64,000 nucleotides of DNA from Coriobacteriales bacterium (GTDB taxonomy: Bacteria > Actinomycetota > Coriobacteriia > Coriobacteriales > UBA8131). Below, piece by piece: positions 48,302 to 57,206 of this stretch. The notes under the pieces were generated by a model. It worked only from the letters and a program-made list of their open reading frames with translations, was not told where the DNA came from and searched no databases. Both the position numbers and the translations under genes were made by a program. Location of the stretch: contig JAITDU010000032.1 of assembly GCA_031282405.1 (NCBI GenBank), positions 11,154-75,153 on the forward strand, written 5' to 3'. Every line of letters starts with the position of its first letter. Positions within the stretch are counted from its first letter, which is position 1.

Positions 48302-50254
48302 CTATATATCCAAACCGGCATGATAGCCTTCGTAAATAGCCGTCGTGATGTTGGCCGGCCTTAGCGCATCGCCAATCACGCGCACCCAGGGCGCCCCGTC
48401 ACGCAGCGTGTCTACCTCCTCAGAGCAGGAAAGTTGCCCTACCGCATAGACCACCGTATCTCCCAAAATGAGACGTTCATCACCCTTCTCATCAGCCACT
48501 ATCAGGCCGTCTGCCACGACTTCTTTGCCGGTGGTGTTCAGCAGCACATCGACACCGGCAGCTTCCAGCTCGGCCAGGAGGATGGGTCGGTGGCGGATGT
48601 TGGCATCCGGCGCCAGCTCAGAGCGCATCTCGACCAAATGGCAGGTCGAGCCCTCCAGAGTCAGGTGCAACGCACACTCGCAACCCGTAAGCCCGCCACC
48701 CAAGATAACAACCTCATTGCCAGACTTGATGCCCTCCAGATACAGTTCGTTCACCGAGAGAGCATTCGCACGGTCAATACCCGCGATAGGCGGTTTTAAA
48801 GGCCGAGAACCGGGGGCGACAATGAGGGCATCAGGGGCAAAATCGTCCACCCAGGCCGCATCCACCGGTGTGTTAAGACGGATGTCTACGCCCATCTGAT
48901 CGCACATTCTCGCATAGGTCTGCCCCAGCAGGTACATATCGTATTTGAAAGGGATGGCTTTTTCGGTCTTGAGGATGCCGCCCAACTCGGCGCTCTTCTC
49001 ACATAAGGTCACGCGATGCCCACGCAGAGCGGCTGTGGTCGCCGCCTTCATGCCGGCAATGCCACCACCCACGACGAGTACGTTTTTCTTAGCGCCTGCC
49101 ACGGGTACTTCCAAGCCCTCCGACTCCCGGCCAATAAGAGGGTTGACCGCGCAGCGGCGCGTCTGGGTTACGGGCCGCTCGGCCATGCAGACAAAGCAGC
49201 GCAGGCACTTGACCACATCCTCGCCGCGGTTGGCCATGACCTTGTTGGGTATTTCCGGGTCGGCTAAAAGTGCCCTGCCTATCACAACGATATCGGCCTC
49301 GCCCTGAGCGACGATTCCTTCCATCTGTGCGGGGTCAGATAGCGCTCCTACCGTGGCCACCGGCACCTTGACGTGCTTTTTGATTTCGGCAGCCAGGGGC
49401 ACGTTCAGGCCGTGAGGCTTGAACATCGAGGGGTGGGTTATCGTAAATCCAAACTGATATGAGCCGGCAGAAACATGGATGATGTCTACGAGTTCCTCCA
49501 GGCCCTGGGCGATGCGTACTCCCTCGGCCAGGTCATAGCCGCCCTCTAAGAACTCCGAGCCGGAAATCCGCAGTTCAAGGGGAAAGTACGGTCCAACCGC
49601 CTCGCGCACGGCCATGAGCACCTCGCGTGTAATGCGCATACGGTTTTCTAGCGAGCCGCCGTATTCGTCGGTGCGCCTGTTAAAGTAGGGGGACAAAAAC
49701 TGGTTGAGCAGCCAACTGTGTCCGGCATGCACCATTACCATGCCAAAGCCACAGCGCTTGGCCAGAGTAGCGGCGTTCGCATAAGCTGCGACAATCTGGG
49801 CTATCTGGTCTTTGTCCAACGGTATTACGGGTAACCCATCGGGACGTACGCCCTCACTGGGCCCAAACTGCCCCAGGGTCTTTTTCTTTTCCTTATCTAC
49901 CATGTAGGTGCCGGCATACTGACCGGAGTGTGACAGTTCGATACTGGGTACGGCTCCATGGCGTTTGATGGCATCGGCCACATAGGTAAAGGCCGCCAAC
50001 TGCCCCGGCGTTTCCAGTGACAGTTTGAGCATTTGGGAGCCGTCGGTTGCCGGATGCACCACGAGCTCGCTCACAGTTACCGAGGCCGCTCCGCCTTTGG
50101 CGCGAGCTTCGTAAAAACCCTGGGTGCGCGGGCCGGGACTGCCCACTGGAGTAATGTCGGTGGCACCCAACGGCGCCGAGACCATGCGATGTCTGAACAC
50201 CGTGCGGTTGATCGTAATCGGTTCACAAAGATGTGGATAGTCGCGCTTCATCAT
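48302..50254 (-). CDS. FMN/FAD-dependent oxidoreductase of the 2-enoate reductase / 2,4-dienoyl-CoA reductase family (OYE-like domain, 4Fe-4S, NAD(P)/FAD domain)
   Basis: 650-aa ORF with an OYE TIM-barrel N-terminus (HAGHSWLLNQFLSP, RISG), the Cys cluster CLRCFVCM...RRCAVNP, and the dinucleotide fold VLVVGGGIAGM. Confidence 0.85.
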   Translation of the reverse strand: MMKRDYPHLCEPITINRTVFRHRMVSAPLGATDITPVGSPGPRTQGFYEARAKGGAASVTVSELVVHPATDGSQMLKLSLETPGQLAAFTYVADAIKRHGAVPSIELSHSGQYAGTYMVDKEKKKTLGQFGPSEGVRPDGLPVIPLDKDQIAQIVAAYANAATLAKRCGFGMVMVHAGHSWLLNQFLSPYFNRRTDEYGGSLENRMRITREVLMAVREAVGPYFPLELRISGSEFLEGGYDLAEGVRIAQGLEELVDIIHVSAGSYQFGFTITHPSMFKPHGLNVPLAAEIKKHVKVPVATVGALSDPAQMEGIVAQGEADIVVIGRALLADPEIPNKVMANRGEDVVKCLRCFVCMAERPVTQTRRCAVNPLIGRESEGLEVPVAGAKKNVLVVGGGIAGMKAATTAALRGHRVTLCEKSAELGGILKTEKAIPFKYDMYLLGQTYARMCDQMGVDIRLNTPVDAAWVDDFAPDALIVAPGSRPLKPPIAGIDRANALSVNELYLEGIKSGNEVVILGGGLTGCECALHLTLEGSTCHLVEMRSELAPDANIRHRPILLAELEAAGVDVLLNTTGKEVVADGLIVADEKGDERLILGDTVVYAVGQLSCSEEVDTLRDGAPWVRVIGDALRPANITTAIYEGYHAGLDI

Positions 50255-50499
50255 GCCCTCCTTCTGTTGGTTTTGGATGCACCCTGCCTCGCAGTCTCCT
50301 CAAACTCTTCAAGGCAGCTTTCGGTATCCTTGTAACTATTCTACAACGTAATTGCCGGTTATAATAGCGTGTACTTGATAAGAGGCCTGTGTTTTCTGTG
50401 TTTTTCTCCCCTGTTTAAGGGCGAGAAGAAGATTTCGAGAAAAAACGGCCGCTGGATTGGACGGATACAATGCTTAAGGTTCAGTGAGGTAGCGCAGAT

Positions 50500-51120
50500 A
50501 TGAGCAAATCCCGACTTGAGGCTTTTACCGATGCAGTCATTGCCATAGTAATGACTATTCTGATTCTGGAGATTTCTACACCGCTTACCGGCGGTGTAGA
50601 ACAACTCTGGGAGTTACGCTTTGAGTTTTTGGTATACCTCGTTTCCTTTCTTACCTTGGCTGTTTATTGGAACAATCACCATCATATCTTTCAGGCGGCC
50701 AGGCATGTCTCCGGCGCGGTACTGTGGTGTAATATCCTTCTTTTGTTGTTCTTGTCTCTTATTCCGTTTTCGACGGCATGGGTTGATGGTTTTCTATTCG
50801 ACCTGGCTCCGGAGCTGTTTTATGGCGCAAACATGCTGGCTGCCGACATCGTCTGGCTTTTGATGACAAAAGCGCTTGTGGCCGAAAACGGTACGCACAG
50901 CGACATCGCCCGGGCGCTGGACGGCTCGCACAAATCCTGGCTGTCGATAGGAGTAATTGTTTTGGGTCTGCTCGTCGGCCTCATAGCCCCTGTGGCGACG
51001 CTCATCTCATGTATAATCTCAATGATACCCTGGCTAATTCCGGATCGCCGGATCGAAAAGCTCGTCAAGGAGATACAGCGCGACGACGCTCCTCGACATA
51101 CAGACGAAAAAACCAACTAG
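50500..51120 (+). CDS. TMEM175-family (DUF1211) putative potassium channel
   Basis: 206-aa ORF with the signature SRLEAFTDAVIAIVMTILILE in helix 1 and six TM helices. Confidence 0.8.
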   Translation: MSKSRLEAFTDAVIAIVMTILILEISTPLTGGVEQLWELRFEFLVYLVSFLTLAVYWNNHHHIFQAARHVSGAVLWCNILLLLFLSLIPFSTAWVDGFLFDLAPELFYGANMLAADIVWLLMTKALVAENGTHSDIARALDGSHKSWLSIGVIVLGLLVGLIAPVATLISCIISMIPWLIPDRRIEKLVKEIQRDDAPRHTDEKTN

Positions 51121-51129
51121 GAGCAGTTG

Positions 51130-53985
51130 ATGTATGCATATGACCCGCAGGTAGTCGAAACGAAATGGCAGGAAAACTGGCAGTCCGCCGGCCTGTATGA
51201 CACTGTAGATGACACCGCTGATGACAGCACTGATGAAACCGCTGATGATGCCGCAAAACAGGGGGAGAAGCCCCGGTACTACGTGCTGGAGATGTTTCCG
51301 TACCCTTCGGGCGATGTACATATGGGACACGTGCGTAACTACACGATAGGCGATGTTGTAAGTCGTTATCGCCGCATGCGGGGTTTTGACGTGCTGCACC
51401 CCATCGGCTGGGACTCCTTTGGTCTGCCGGCCGAGAACGCCGCCATCCGCCAGAATACCAGCCCGGCCGTGTGGACCTACACGAACATCGAGCGCCAACG
51501 CGCCTCGCTCAAACGCCTGGGCTTTTCCTACGACTGGTCGCGCACAGTTATAACGAGCGATGTCGACTATTATCGCTGGGGACAATGGATATTCTTGCGC
51601 TTTTGGCAAAACGGGCTCGTGGAGCGACGCTCATCTCCGGTCAACTGGTGTCCGTCTTGTGCCACGGTGCTGGCTAACGAGCAGGTCGTGGGTAACGGTG
51701 CCTGCTGGCGCTGTGGTTCGGTAGTTAAGCGTAGGGAACTGGAGCAGTGGTTCTTTAAGATAACCGATTATGCCGAAGAGTTGCTAAAAGATTTAGCAAT
51801 TTTGGATGACTGGCCACAGCGCGTCAAACAGATGCAAGCCAATTGGATTGGGAAAAGCCAGGGGGCTGAGGTCATCTTTGAACTGTGCGATGAACAGGGC
51901 GAGCCATCAAAAGAGAAGATAACTGTCTTTACGACCCGTCCCGACACGTTGTTTGGTGCGAGCTTCTTTTTGTTGGCGCCGGAACATCCGCTCGTAAAGG
52001 GTCTGATCGCAGGCACAGAGTATGCCGCTGCCGTGGAGCGAGTAGCCACCAAGGCCGCCAACGCGACAGCCGTAGAGCGCGCTCAGGGCGAGCGGGAGAA
52101 AAACGGTGCCTTTACCGGCCGATATGTCATAAACCCCGTCAACGGCGAAAAATTGCCCATATGGGTGAGCGACTACGTACTCATGGACTACGGAACCGGC
52201 GCTGTTATGGCTGTGCCCTCGGGCGATCAGCGCGATTTTGAGTTCGCGCGCGCCTACGGCCTGCCTATCCCGCCTGTAGTTGTAGCTGCTGATGACCCCC
52301 TGCTGGCAGCGCTCAGCGATGAGCCCACCCGTGTCCAAAACGATGTGGACTGGCCAGCAGCCTACGACGGCCCGGGCATCATGGTGCAAAGTGGTGAGTT
52401 CACGGGGATGGACGGCGGTAAGGACTCCGCGGGCTCTCAGGCGGTTACCAACTGGTTGGAGCAGCGCGGATTGGGTCGGGCGACGGTCAACTACCGTCTG
52501 CGTGACTGGCTCATATCTCGCCAACGTTATTGGGGTAACCCAATACCGGCTATCCACTGCGAAACGTGTGGCATCGTGCCGGTGCCCGAGGCAGACCTGC
52601 CCGTGCTGCTGCCGCTTGACGTGGACGTTACGGCCGGCAAAAGTCTGGCCGACTATCCGGAGTTCTACAATGTCACCTGCCCACAGTGTGGCGGCGCTGC
52701 CCATCGCGAGACCGACACGATGGACACCTTTACCTGCTCGAGTTGGTATTTTCTGCGCTACACCGACGTTCACAACGACCAGGCGCCCTTTGGCGTGGCT
52801 GCGGCACGAGCCTGGATGCCCGTCGACCAGTATATCGGCGGCATCGAACACGCCATTCTACACCTGCTCTACGCGCGTTTTTTTACGAAGGCGCTGCGTG
52901 ATATAGGACTGTTTGGCGAGAAGTATCCGGCCGACCACGCTGTACAGGCCGATTTTGCGAATGGCTCAAACGTATTAGCCGGCTTCGCGAACAGCTTGGG
53001 CGCTGATTCAAATCCCAAAGTCGCTGTGACCTCGCCCGACACGTCCTCATTCGACCGTAAGGCCGACTCCCCAGCTGACCCCTCGGCCAACCCCAAGGCC
53101 GCCCTGCTCCGGGCGGGCGAGCCCTTTGCTCGACTGCTTACCCAGGGTATGGTCAAACTGGGCGGTGAGGTAATGAGCAAATCCAAAGGCAACGTCGTGG
53201 CCCCCGAGGAGGTCATTGCTGCCTATGGGGCCGATGCACTGCGCGTGTTCATTCTGTTCATGGCGCCACCCGACAAGGATCTGGAATGGTCCAAGGAAGG
53301 GCTGGAGGGCATCTGGCGCTTCTTGAACCGGGTGTGGCGCCAGGTCTTTACGCTCAGCGGCGAGGATATGGATGCAGCAAAACAGACCGAAGGACAGACT
53401 GAAGGGCAAACCAAGGATCAGACTGAAAAACTGGTCGCACAAGAGGCCGGAACGCAGGCTGAGGCACAGACCGCAACCGCGACTCAGGTGCACGCTGAAC
53501 TTACCCGCCAGCTGCACCGTTCTGGCCTCAAGGCTACCGAGGACATTGAGCGCTTCAATTTCAATACGGCTATCTCGGCTGTGATGGAGCTGAGCAACAG
53601 TGCTGCTGTCTACCTCAAACTGCCCTGCGCCCAGCGCAACGTTAACCTGAGCAAACAGGTGGCTGAGACACTGGTACTTTTGCTGGCTCCTATGGCACCG
53701 CACTTTGCCGAAGAGTTATGGCAGGGACCTTTGGATAACGTTCATAAAGGGAGTGTGCACACCCAGAACTGGCCGCGCTTTGACGTCGCCTGTGCCCAAG
53801 CCAACACCATCGAGATGGCGGTGCAGATAAACGGCAAGGTTAAGGCGCGGATAACGGTAGCGGCAGATGCCGTCGATGACGAGGTGCGCACGGCCGCTCT
53901 GATTGCCGCCGACAGCTTTCTCGCTGGGCGGCAGCCTACAAAGGTTATCGTCGTGCCCCACAAACTTGTGAGCATCGTTGTCTAG
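51130..53985 (+). CDS. leuS: Leucine--tRNA ligase
   Basis: [17 protein letters not shown] (HIGH-type) and VMSKSKGN (KMSKS) motifs and a CP1 editing domain. Two low-complexity inserts: an Ala/Asp/Ser/Pro-rich one before KMSKS, and [16 protein letters not shown]. It starts 6-9 nt after the TMEM175 gene stop. Confidence 0.95.
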   Translation: MYAYDPQVVETKWQENWQSAGLYDTVDDTADDSTDETADDAAKQGEKPRYYVLEMFPYPSGDVHMGHVRNYTIGDVVSRYRRMRGFDVLHPIGWDSFGLPAENAAIRQNTSPAVWTYTNIERQRASLKRLGFSYDWSRTVITSDVDYYRWGQWIFLRFWQNGLVERRSSPVNWCPSCATVLANEQVVGNGACWRCGSVVKRRELEQWFFKITDYAEELLKDLAILDDWPQRVKQMQANWIGKSQGAEVIFELCDEQGEPSKEKITVFTTRPDTLFGASFFLLAPEHPLVKGLIAGTEYAAAVERVATKAANATAVERAQGEREKNGAFTGRYVINPVNGEKLPIWVSDYVLMDYGTGAVMAVPSGDQRDFEFARAYGLPIPPVVVAADDPLLAALSDEPTRVQNDVDWPAAYDGPGIMVQSGEFTGMDGGKDSAGSQAVTNWLEQRGLGRATVNYRLRDWLISRQRYWGNPIPAIHCETCGIVPVPEADLPVLLPLDVDVTAGKSLADYPEFYNVTCPQCGGAAHRETDTMDTFTCSSWYFLRYTDVHNDQAPFGVAAARAWMPVDQYIGGIEHAILHLLYARFFTKALRDIGLFGEKYPADHAVQADFANGSNVLAGFANSLGADSNPKVAVTSPDTSSFDRKADSPADPSANPKAALLRAGEPFARLLTQGMVKLGGEVMSKSKGNVVAPEEVIAAYGADALRVFILFMAPPDKDLEWSKEGLEGIWRFLNRVWRQVFTLSGEDMDAAKQTEGQTEGQTKDQTEKLVAQEAGTQAEAQTATATQVHAELTRQLHRSGLKATEDIERFNFNTAISAVMELSNSAAVYLKLPCAQRNVNLSKQVAETLVLLLAPMAPHFAEELWQGPLDNVHKGSVHTQNWPRFDVACAQANTIEMAVQINGKVKARITVAADAVDDEVRTAALIAADSFLAGRQPTKVIVVPHKLVSIVV

Positions 53986-54265
53986 TGGGCATTTTCAGCC
54001 TGGTGGGTCTTTCAATCGAGCAGGCATTCTCAGACACGCTTGAGGAATCAATGAGTATTCTGAGTCACCATTGCGATGCCCATCGGTTTTCCTTGTGGTC
54101 CCGACTATTTAAATTTCGCAAAGGATCCTCTCTGCAACCCTCATTGTCTGACTTTTGCTAAAATAACGGCTGGTTGTTTCCTTATGTCGGAAAACGACGG
54201 CTTTTAGGCAAGGCTGCTTTTCTTTTCAGTTTGGCGGTTGACATCAGCCATACCGTTTATAACGT

Positions 54266-54340
54266 GGGCGTTTGGCGCAGCGGGAGCGCGCTTCCTTCAC
54301 ACGGAAGAGGTCACTGGTTCAATCCCAGTAACGCCCACCA
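54266..54340 (+). tRNA. tRNA-Val (anticodon CAC), CCA encoded
   Basis: Manual cloverleaf: acceptor GGGCGTT/AACGCCC, D stem GCGC/GCGC, anticodon stem CTTCC/GGAAG with loop TTCACAC, T arm ACTGG-TTCAATC-CCAGT, then A-CCA. Confidence 0.93.
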
Positions 54341-54441
54341 CCTCCAACTAAAATGCAAAGCCATGATGTTGTCAATGATGTATCAGATCAGCTGCTGTAA
54401 ACCGCTGGCTTGATAGATACCTACCATTCCGATACGTTTAC

Positions 54442-54470
54442 TTGACAAGTGCGCGGGCGGGCATTAGGGT
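54442..54470 (+). promoter_or_regulatory. Predicted sigma-70-type promoter of the long metY leader
   Basis: TTGACA (54442-54447), a 17-nt spacer, then TAGGGT (54465-54470, TANNNT type). Confidence 0.45.
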
Positions 54471-54939
54471 GAATCAAGCTGTTTTTGTTTCAGCAGTATT
54501 TCAGCTGTGCGTATCAAAGGAGATTTGTGTCTACAGCTTCTGGACAACTCAGGGTGATAAACACCATGAGTGGGCGAATGCCCCGCTAACGCCTTCGGCC
54601 TTCGGTGCCCGGCGTTTTGTCTGTCTTTATCCAGAGCAGGTACGCACCCGTTTTTCCCTAACCAATTTATCCTGTGTCGTGTTTGGCATGTTGTTGAGCT
54701 AAAGCCAACACAAACTCCGTACACAACTCCGCTGCTCCGGTCCCTGTTCAGGCTAACGTCCGGCCTCTTTAGGCGAGAAGCGCACGTACCTCAGCAGGCG
54801 TTGCTGAGCCAACCAGTAAGCGCCCGCAGCACTTATCCAAAGCCACGAATAACTGCTGGATAAACCGCGCCTCTCTCCCAAGCATTTGAACCCCCACATT
54901 TACCAACAACAACCCTACATCGAAAGGAACAAAATCAAA

Positions 54940-56244
54940 ATGGCAAACATCACCGATACCTCCAAATGGTCGTTTGAGACCAAACAGATCCACATTGGCC
55001 AGGAAGCCCCTGATCCAGCCACCGACGCTCGCGCTGTCCCTATTTATCAGACGACCTCTTATGTATTTCCCACTTCCAAGAGCGCGGCCGACCGCTTTGG
55101 CCTCGTGGAATCCGGCAATATCTATACGCGCATCATGAACCCCACTTCCGATGTTTTTGAGAAGCGCATCGCTGCCCTGGAAGGCGGAGTCGGCGCTTTG
55201 GCTGTGGCTTCGGGCGCGGCAGCTGTGACCTACGCTGTACAGAATATCGCCCGCGCCGGCGATCACATCATTACCGACAAGTTCATCTACGGTGGCACCT
55301 ACAATCTTTTCCACAACACGATAGGCGATTTTGGCATTTCGACCAGTTTTGTCGATGGTTCAAAACTCGACGAGCTTGAGGCTGCTATTCGGCCTAATAC
55401 GAAGTTGATATTCATCGAAACTCTGGGTAATCCCAACTCGACGATCGTCGACATCGAGGCCATTGCCCACATAGCCCATGCTCATGGTATCCCGCTGATT
55501 GTTGATAATACTTTTGCCACGCCCTATCTTGTGCGTCCGTTTGAGTATGGTGCGGACATCGTTGTGCACTCGGCTACGAAGTTTATCGGGGGACATGGCA
55601 CCTCGATAGGAGGCGTTATTGTCGATGGCGGTAGCTTTGACTGGGCACAAAACGATAAGTTCCCCGGTTTGTCCAAGCCCAACCCTAACTATCATGGTGT
55701 CATCTTTACCGAGGCCGTGGGCAACATTGCCTATATCATCAAGGCCCGGGTCACTCTGCTGCGCGACACCGGTTCGGCCCTGGCACCGCTCAATGCTTTT
55801 TTATTCTTGCAAGGTTTGGAGACGCTGAGTCTGCGCATTGAGCGCCATGTGGCCAATACGCTGGAGGTTGTCGATTATCTCAAAACCCACCCCAAGGTCA
55901 AGCTGATTAACCATCCCAGTTTGCCCGAGCATCGTGACTATGCGCTCTATCAGAAGTACTTTCCCAATGGGGGTAGTTCGATCTTTACCTTTGAGTTAAA
56001 CGGTACACCTGAACAGGCCCGGCTGTTCACCGAAAAATTGGAACTGTTCTCGCTTTTGGCCAATGTGGCCGACGTTAAGTCGCTCGTTATCCATCCGGCC
56101 TCGACGACGCACTCACAGTTGAGCCCCGAGGAGCTTCTGGACGCCGGTATCACACCGACAACGGTGCGCTTTTCCATCGGTACCGAGAATATCAAAGACA
56201 TCCTGGCCGACATTGAGCAGGGCTTTAATGCCATCGACCAATAA
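54940..56244 (+). CDS. metY: O-acetylhomoserine aminocarboxypropyltransferase / cysteine synthase (O-acetylhomoserine sulfhydrylase)
   Basis: ETKQIHIGQ start region, the PLP-lysine context [15 protein letters not shown], and the terminal [17 protein letters not shown]. The ORF opens at 54886; ATG 54940 gives a homolog-like N-terminus. Confidence 0.9.
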   Translation: MANITDTSKWSFETKQIHIGQEAPDPATDARAVPIYQTTSYVFPTSKSAADRFGLVESGNIYTRIMNPTSDVFEKRIAALEGGVGALAVASGAAAVTYAVQNIARAGDHIITDKFIYGGTYNLFHNTIGDFGISTSFVDGSKLDELEAAIRPNTKLIFIETLGNPNSTIVDIEAIAHIAHAHGIPLIVDNTFATPYLVRPFEYGADIVVHSATKFIGGHGTSIGGVIVDGGSFDWAQNDKFPGLSKPNPNYHGVIFTEAVGNIAYIIKARVTLLRDTGSALAPLNAFLFLQGLETLSLRIERHVANTLEVVDYLKTHPKVKLINHPSLPEHRDYALYQKYFPNGGSSIFTFELNGTPEQARLFTEKLELFSLLANVADVKSLVIHPASTTHSQLSPEELLDAGITPTTVRFSIGTENIKDILADIEQGFNAIDQ

Positions 56245-56358
56245 TGATCGACGGTAGCGGCAGGCGATAATGAGAGTAACAAGGAGGGTATCACTGCTTT
56301 CGGACGCCATACCAGCGTTATAGCCCCCCTTCTTTCTCGTGTTTCTTCCTTCAAGTTT

Positions 56359-56391
56359 GATGCCCGGTTCGTCGTGTGACGGCCGGGCATC
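56359..56391 (+). terminator. GC-rich hairpin downstream of metY (possible terminator without a U-tract)
   Basis: GATGCCCGG / CCGGGCATC form a 9-bp stem with a 15-nt loop. No T-run follows. Confidence 0.35.
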
Positions 56392-56477
56392 GTACGAGGT
56401 GACAAAGCGAGATGACGATCATGGCGCCCCCCTTGCGCCCCTTTAACTCTGTCACGTAATTATCCAAATATCGCAAT

Positions 56478-56536
56478 TTGACACCCTCGGTTTACTTTGT
56501 TACTATATCACGGTGAGTTTGTTAGTTTAATCTAAC
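56478..56536 (+). promoter_or_regulatory. Predicted feoA promoter plus palindromic operator candidate
   Basis: TTGACA (56478-56483), a 17-nt spacer, then TACTAT (56501-56506). The palindrome GTTAGTTTAATCTAAC (56521-56536) sits just downstream of the -10. Confidence 0.55.
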
Positions 56537-56572
56537 TTTATGGCGCACCAGTGAGTGTAGGAGTAACACGAG

Positions 56573-56782
56573 ATGGCACTTATAGAGATTACCGACGATG
56601 GCATCTATCGCATTAAGCGCATCAAAGGCGATACCCACATCCGTCATCATCTGGAAAATCTGGGGTTTATCCCCGGCGAACCTATCAAGGTTGTAAGCCG
56701 CGTGGCCGACGGCCTGATAGTCAGCGTTAAAGGCTGTCGCGTGGCAGTGAACAATGACGCGGCCGGCATGGTGGTCATCTAG
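56573..56782 (+). CDS. feoA: FeoA family ferrous iron transport protein
   Basis: 69-aa ORF with an SH3-like FeoA pattern (LENLGFIPGEPIKVV). A GTAGGAG Shine-Dalgarno sequence lies upstream. Confidence 0.85.
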   Translation: MALIEITDDGIYRIKRIKGDTHIRHHLENLGFIPGEPIKVVSRVADGLIVSVKGCRVAVNNDAAGMVVI

Positions 56783-56785
56783 CCC

Positions 56786-57028
56786 ATGGTGAGTGTCGAT
56801 GAGCCGACACGCTCGCTTCAGGAAGTCAAAACCGGCGAGACAGTTGTGGTCAAGCGTTTGGGCGGTTCGGGCGCACTCAAGCGCCGCATAATGGACATGG
56901 GAATCACGAAAGGCACGAGTATTTATGTGCGCAAAGTGGCTCCGCTGGGAGACCCGATCGAGGTAACCATACGGGGTTATGAGCTTTCTATCCGTAAAAG
57001 CGAATCTGAGTCTATCGAGGTCGAATAG
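56786..57028 (+). CDS. feoA: FeoA family ferrous iron transport protein (second copy)
   Basis: 80-aa ORF with LKRRIMDMGITKGTSIYVRKVAPLGDPIEV, the typical FeoA core. Confidence 0.85.
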   Translation: MVSVDEPTRSLQEVKTGETVVVKRLGGSGALKRRIMDMGITKGTSIYVRKVAPLGDPIEVTIRGYELSIRKSESESIEVE

Positions 57029-57111
57029 CAACGTCGAGATCGAAGAGCAACACAGATGCACTAGGCGTATCGCACTCTAGGTACTTTTTTGTGCCGCAGG
57101 TATCTCGGTAG

Positions 57112-57140
57112 TGGACATTAAAGTTAGACTATGCTAACAT
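57112..57140 (+). promoter_or_regulatory. Predicted internal promoter before feoB with an overlapping palindromic operator candidate
   Basis: TGGACA (57112-57117), a 17-nt spacer, then TAACAT (57135-57140). The spacer contains GTTAGACTATGCTAAC (57123-57138), which extends to TTAAAGTTAG-N6-CTAACATTAA. Confidence 0.5.
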
Positions 57141-57206
57141 TAAACCCAGAGTGTTTACGCATCAGCCGTAACACCTTAAGACCGTTTTGATGTTAGAAGG
57201 AAACGC

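Noticed and set aside
51907-52851. 314-aa minus-strand ORF and 204-aa plus-strand ORF overlapping leuS
   Set aside because: Both are out-of-frame or antisense to the conserved LeuS reading frame, and their translations are Arg/Ala/Gly-rich nonsense.
54442-54724. 86-aa ORFs on both strands in the metY leader (54442-54702 plus strand, 54464-54724 minus strand)
   Set aside because: They overlap each other, have no Shine-Dalgarno sequences, and their products are Cys/Phe/Arg-rich with no motif. The region is better explained as non-coding leader.
56521-56536. Interpreting the feo palindromes as classical DtxR/IdeR or Fur boxes
   Set aside because: The half-sites resemble the TTAG/CTAA core of DtxR boxes, but the spacing is 6 nt instead of 1. 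There is no match to GATAATGATAATCATTATC. They are kept as an unassigned operator candidate rather than a named box.
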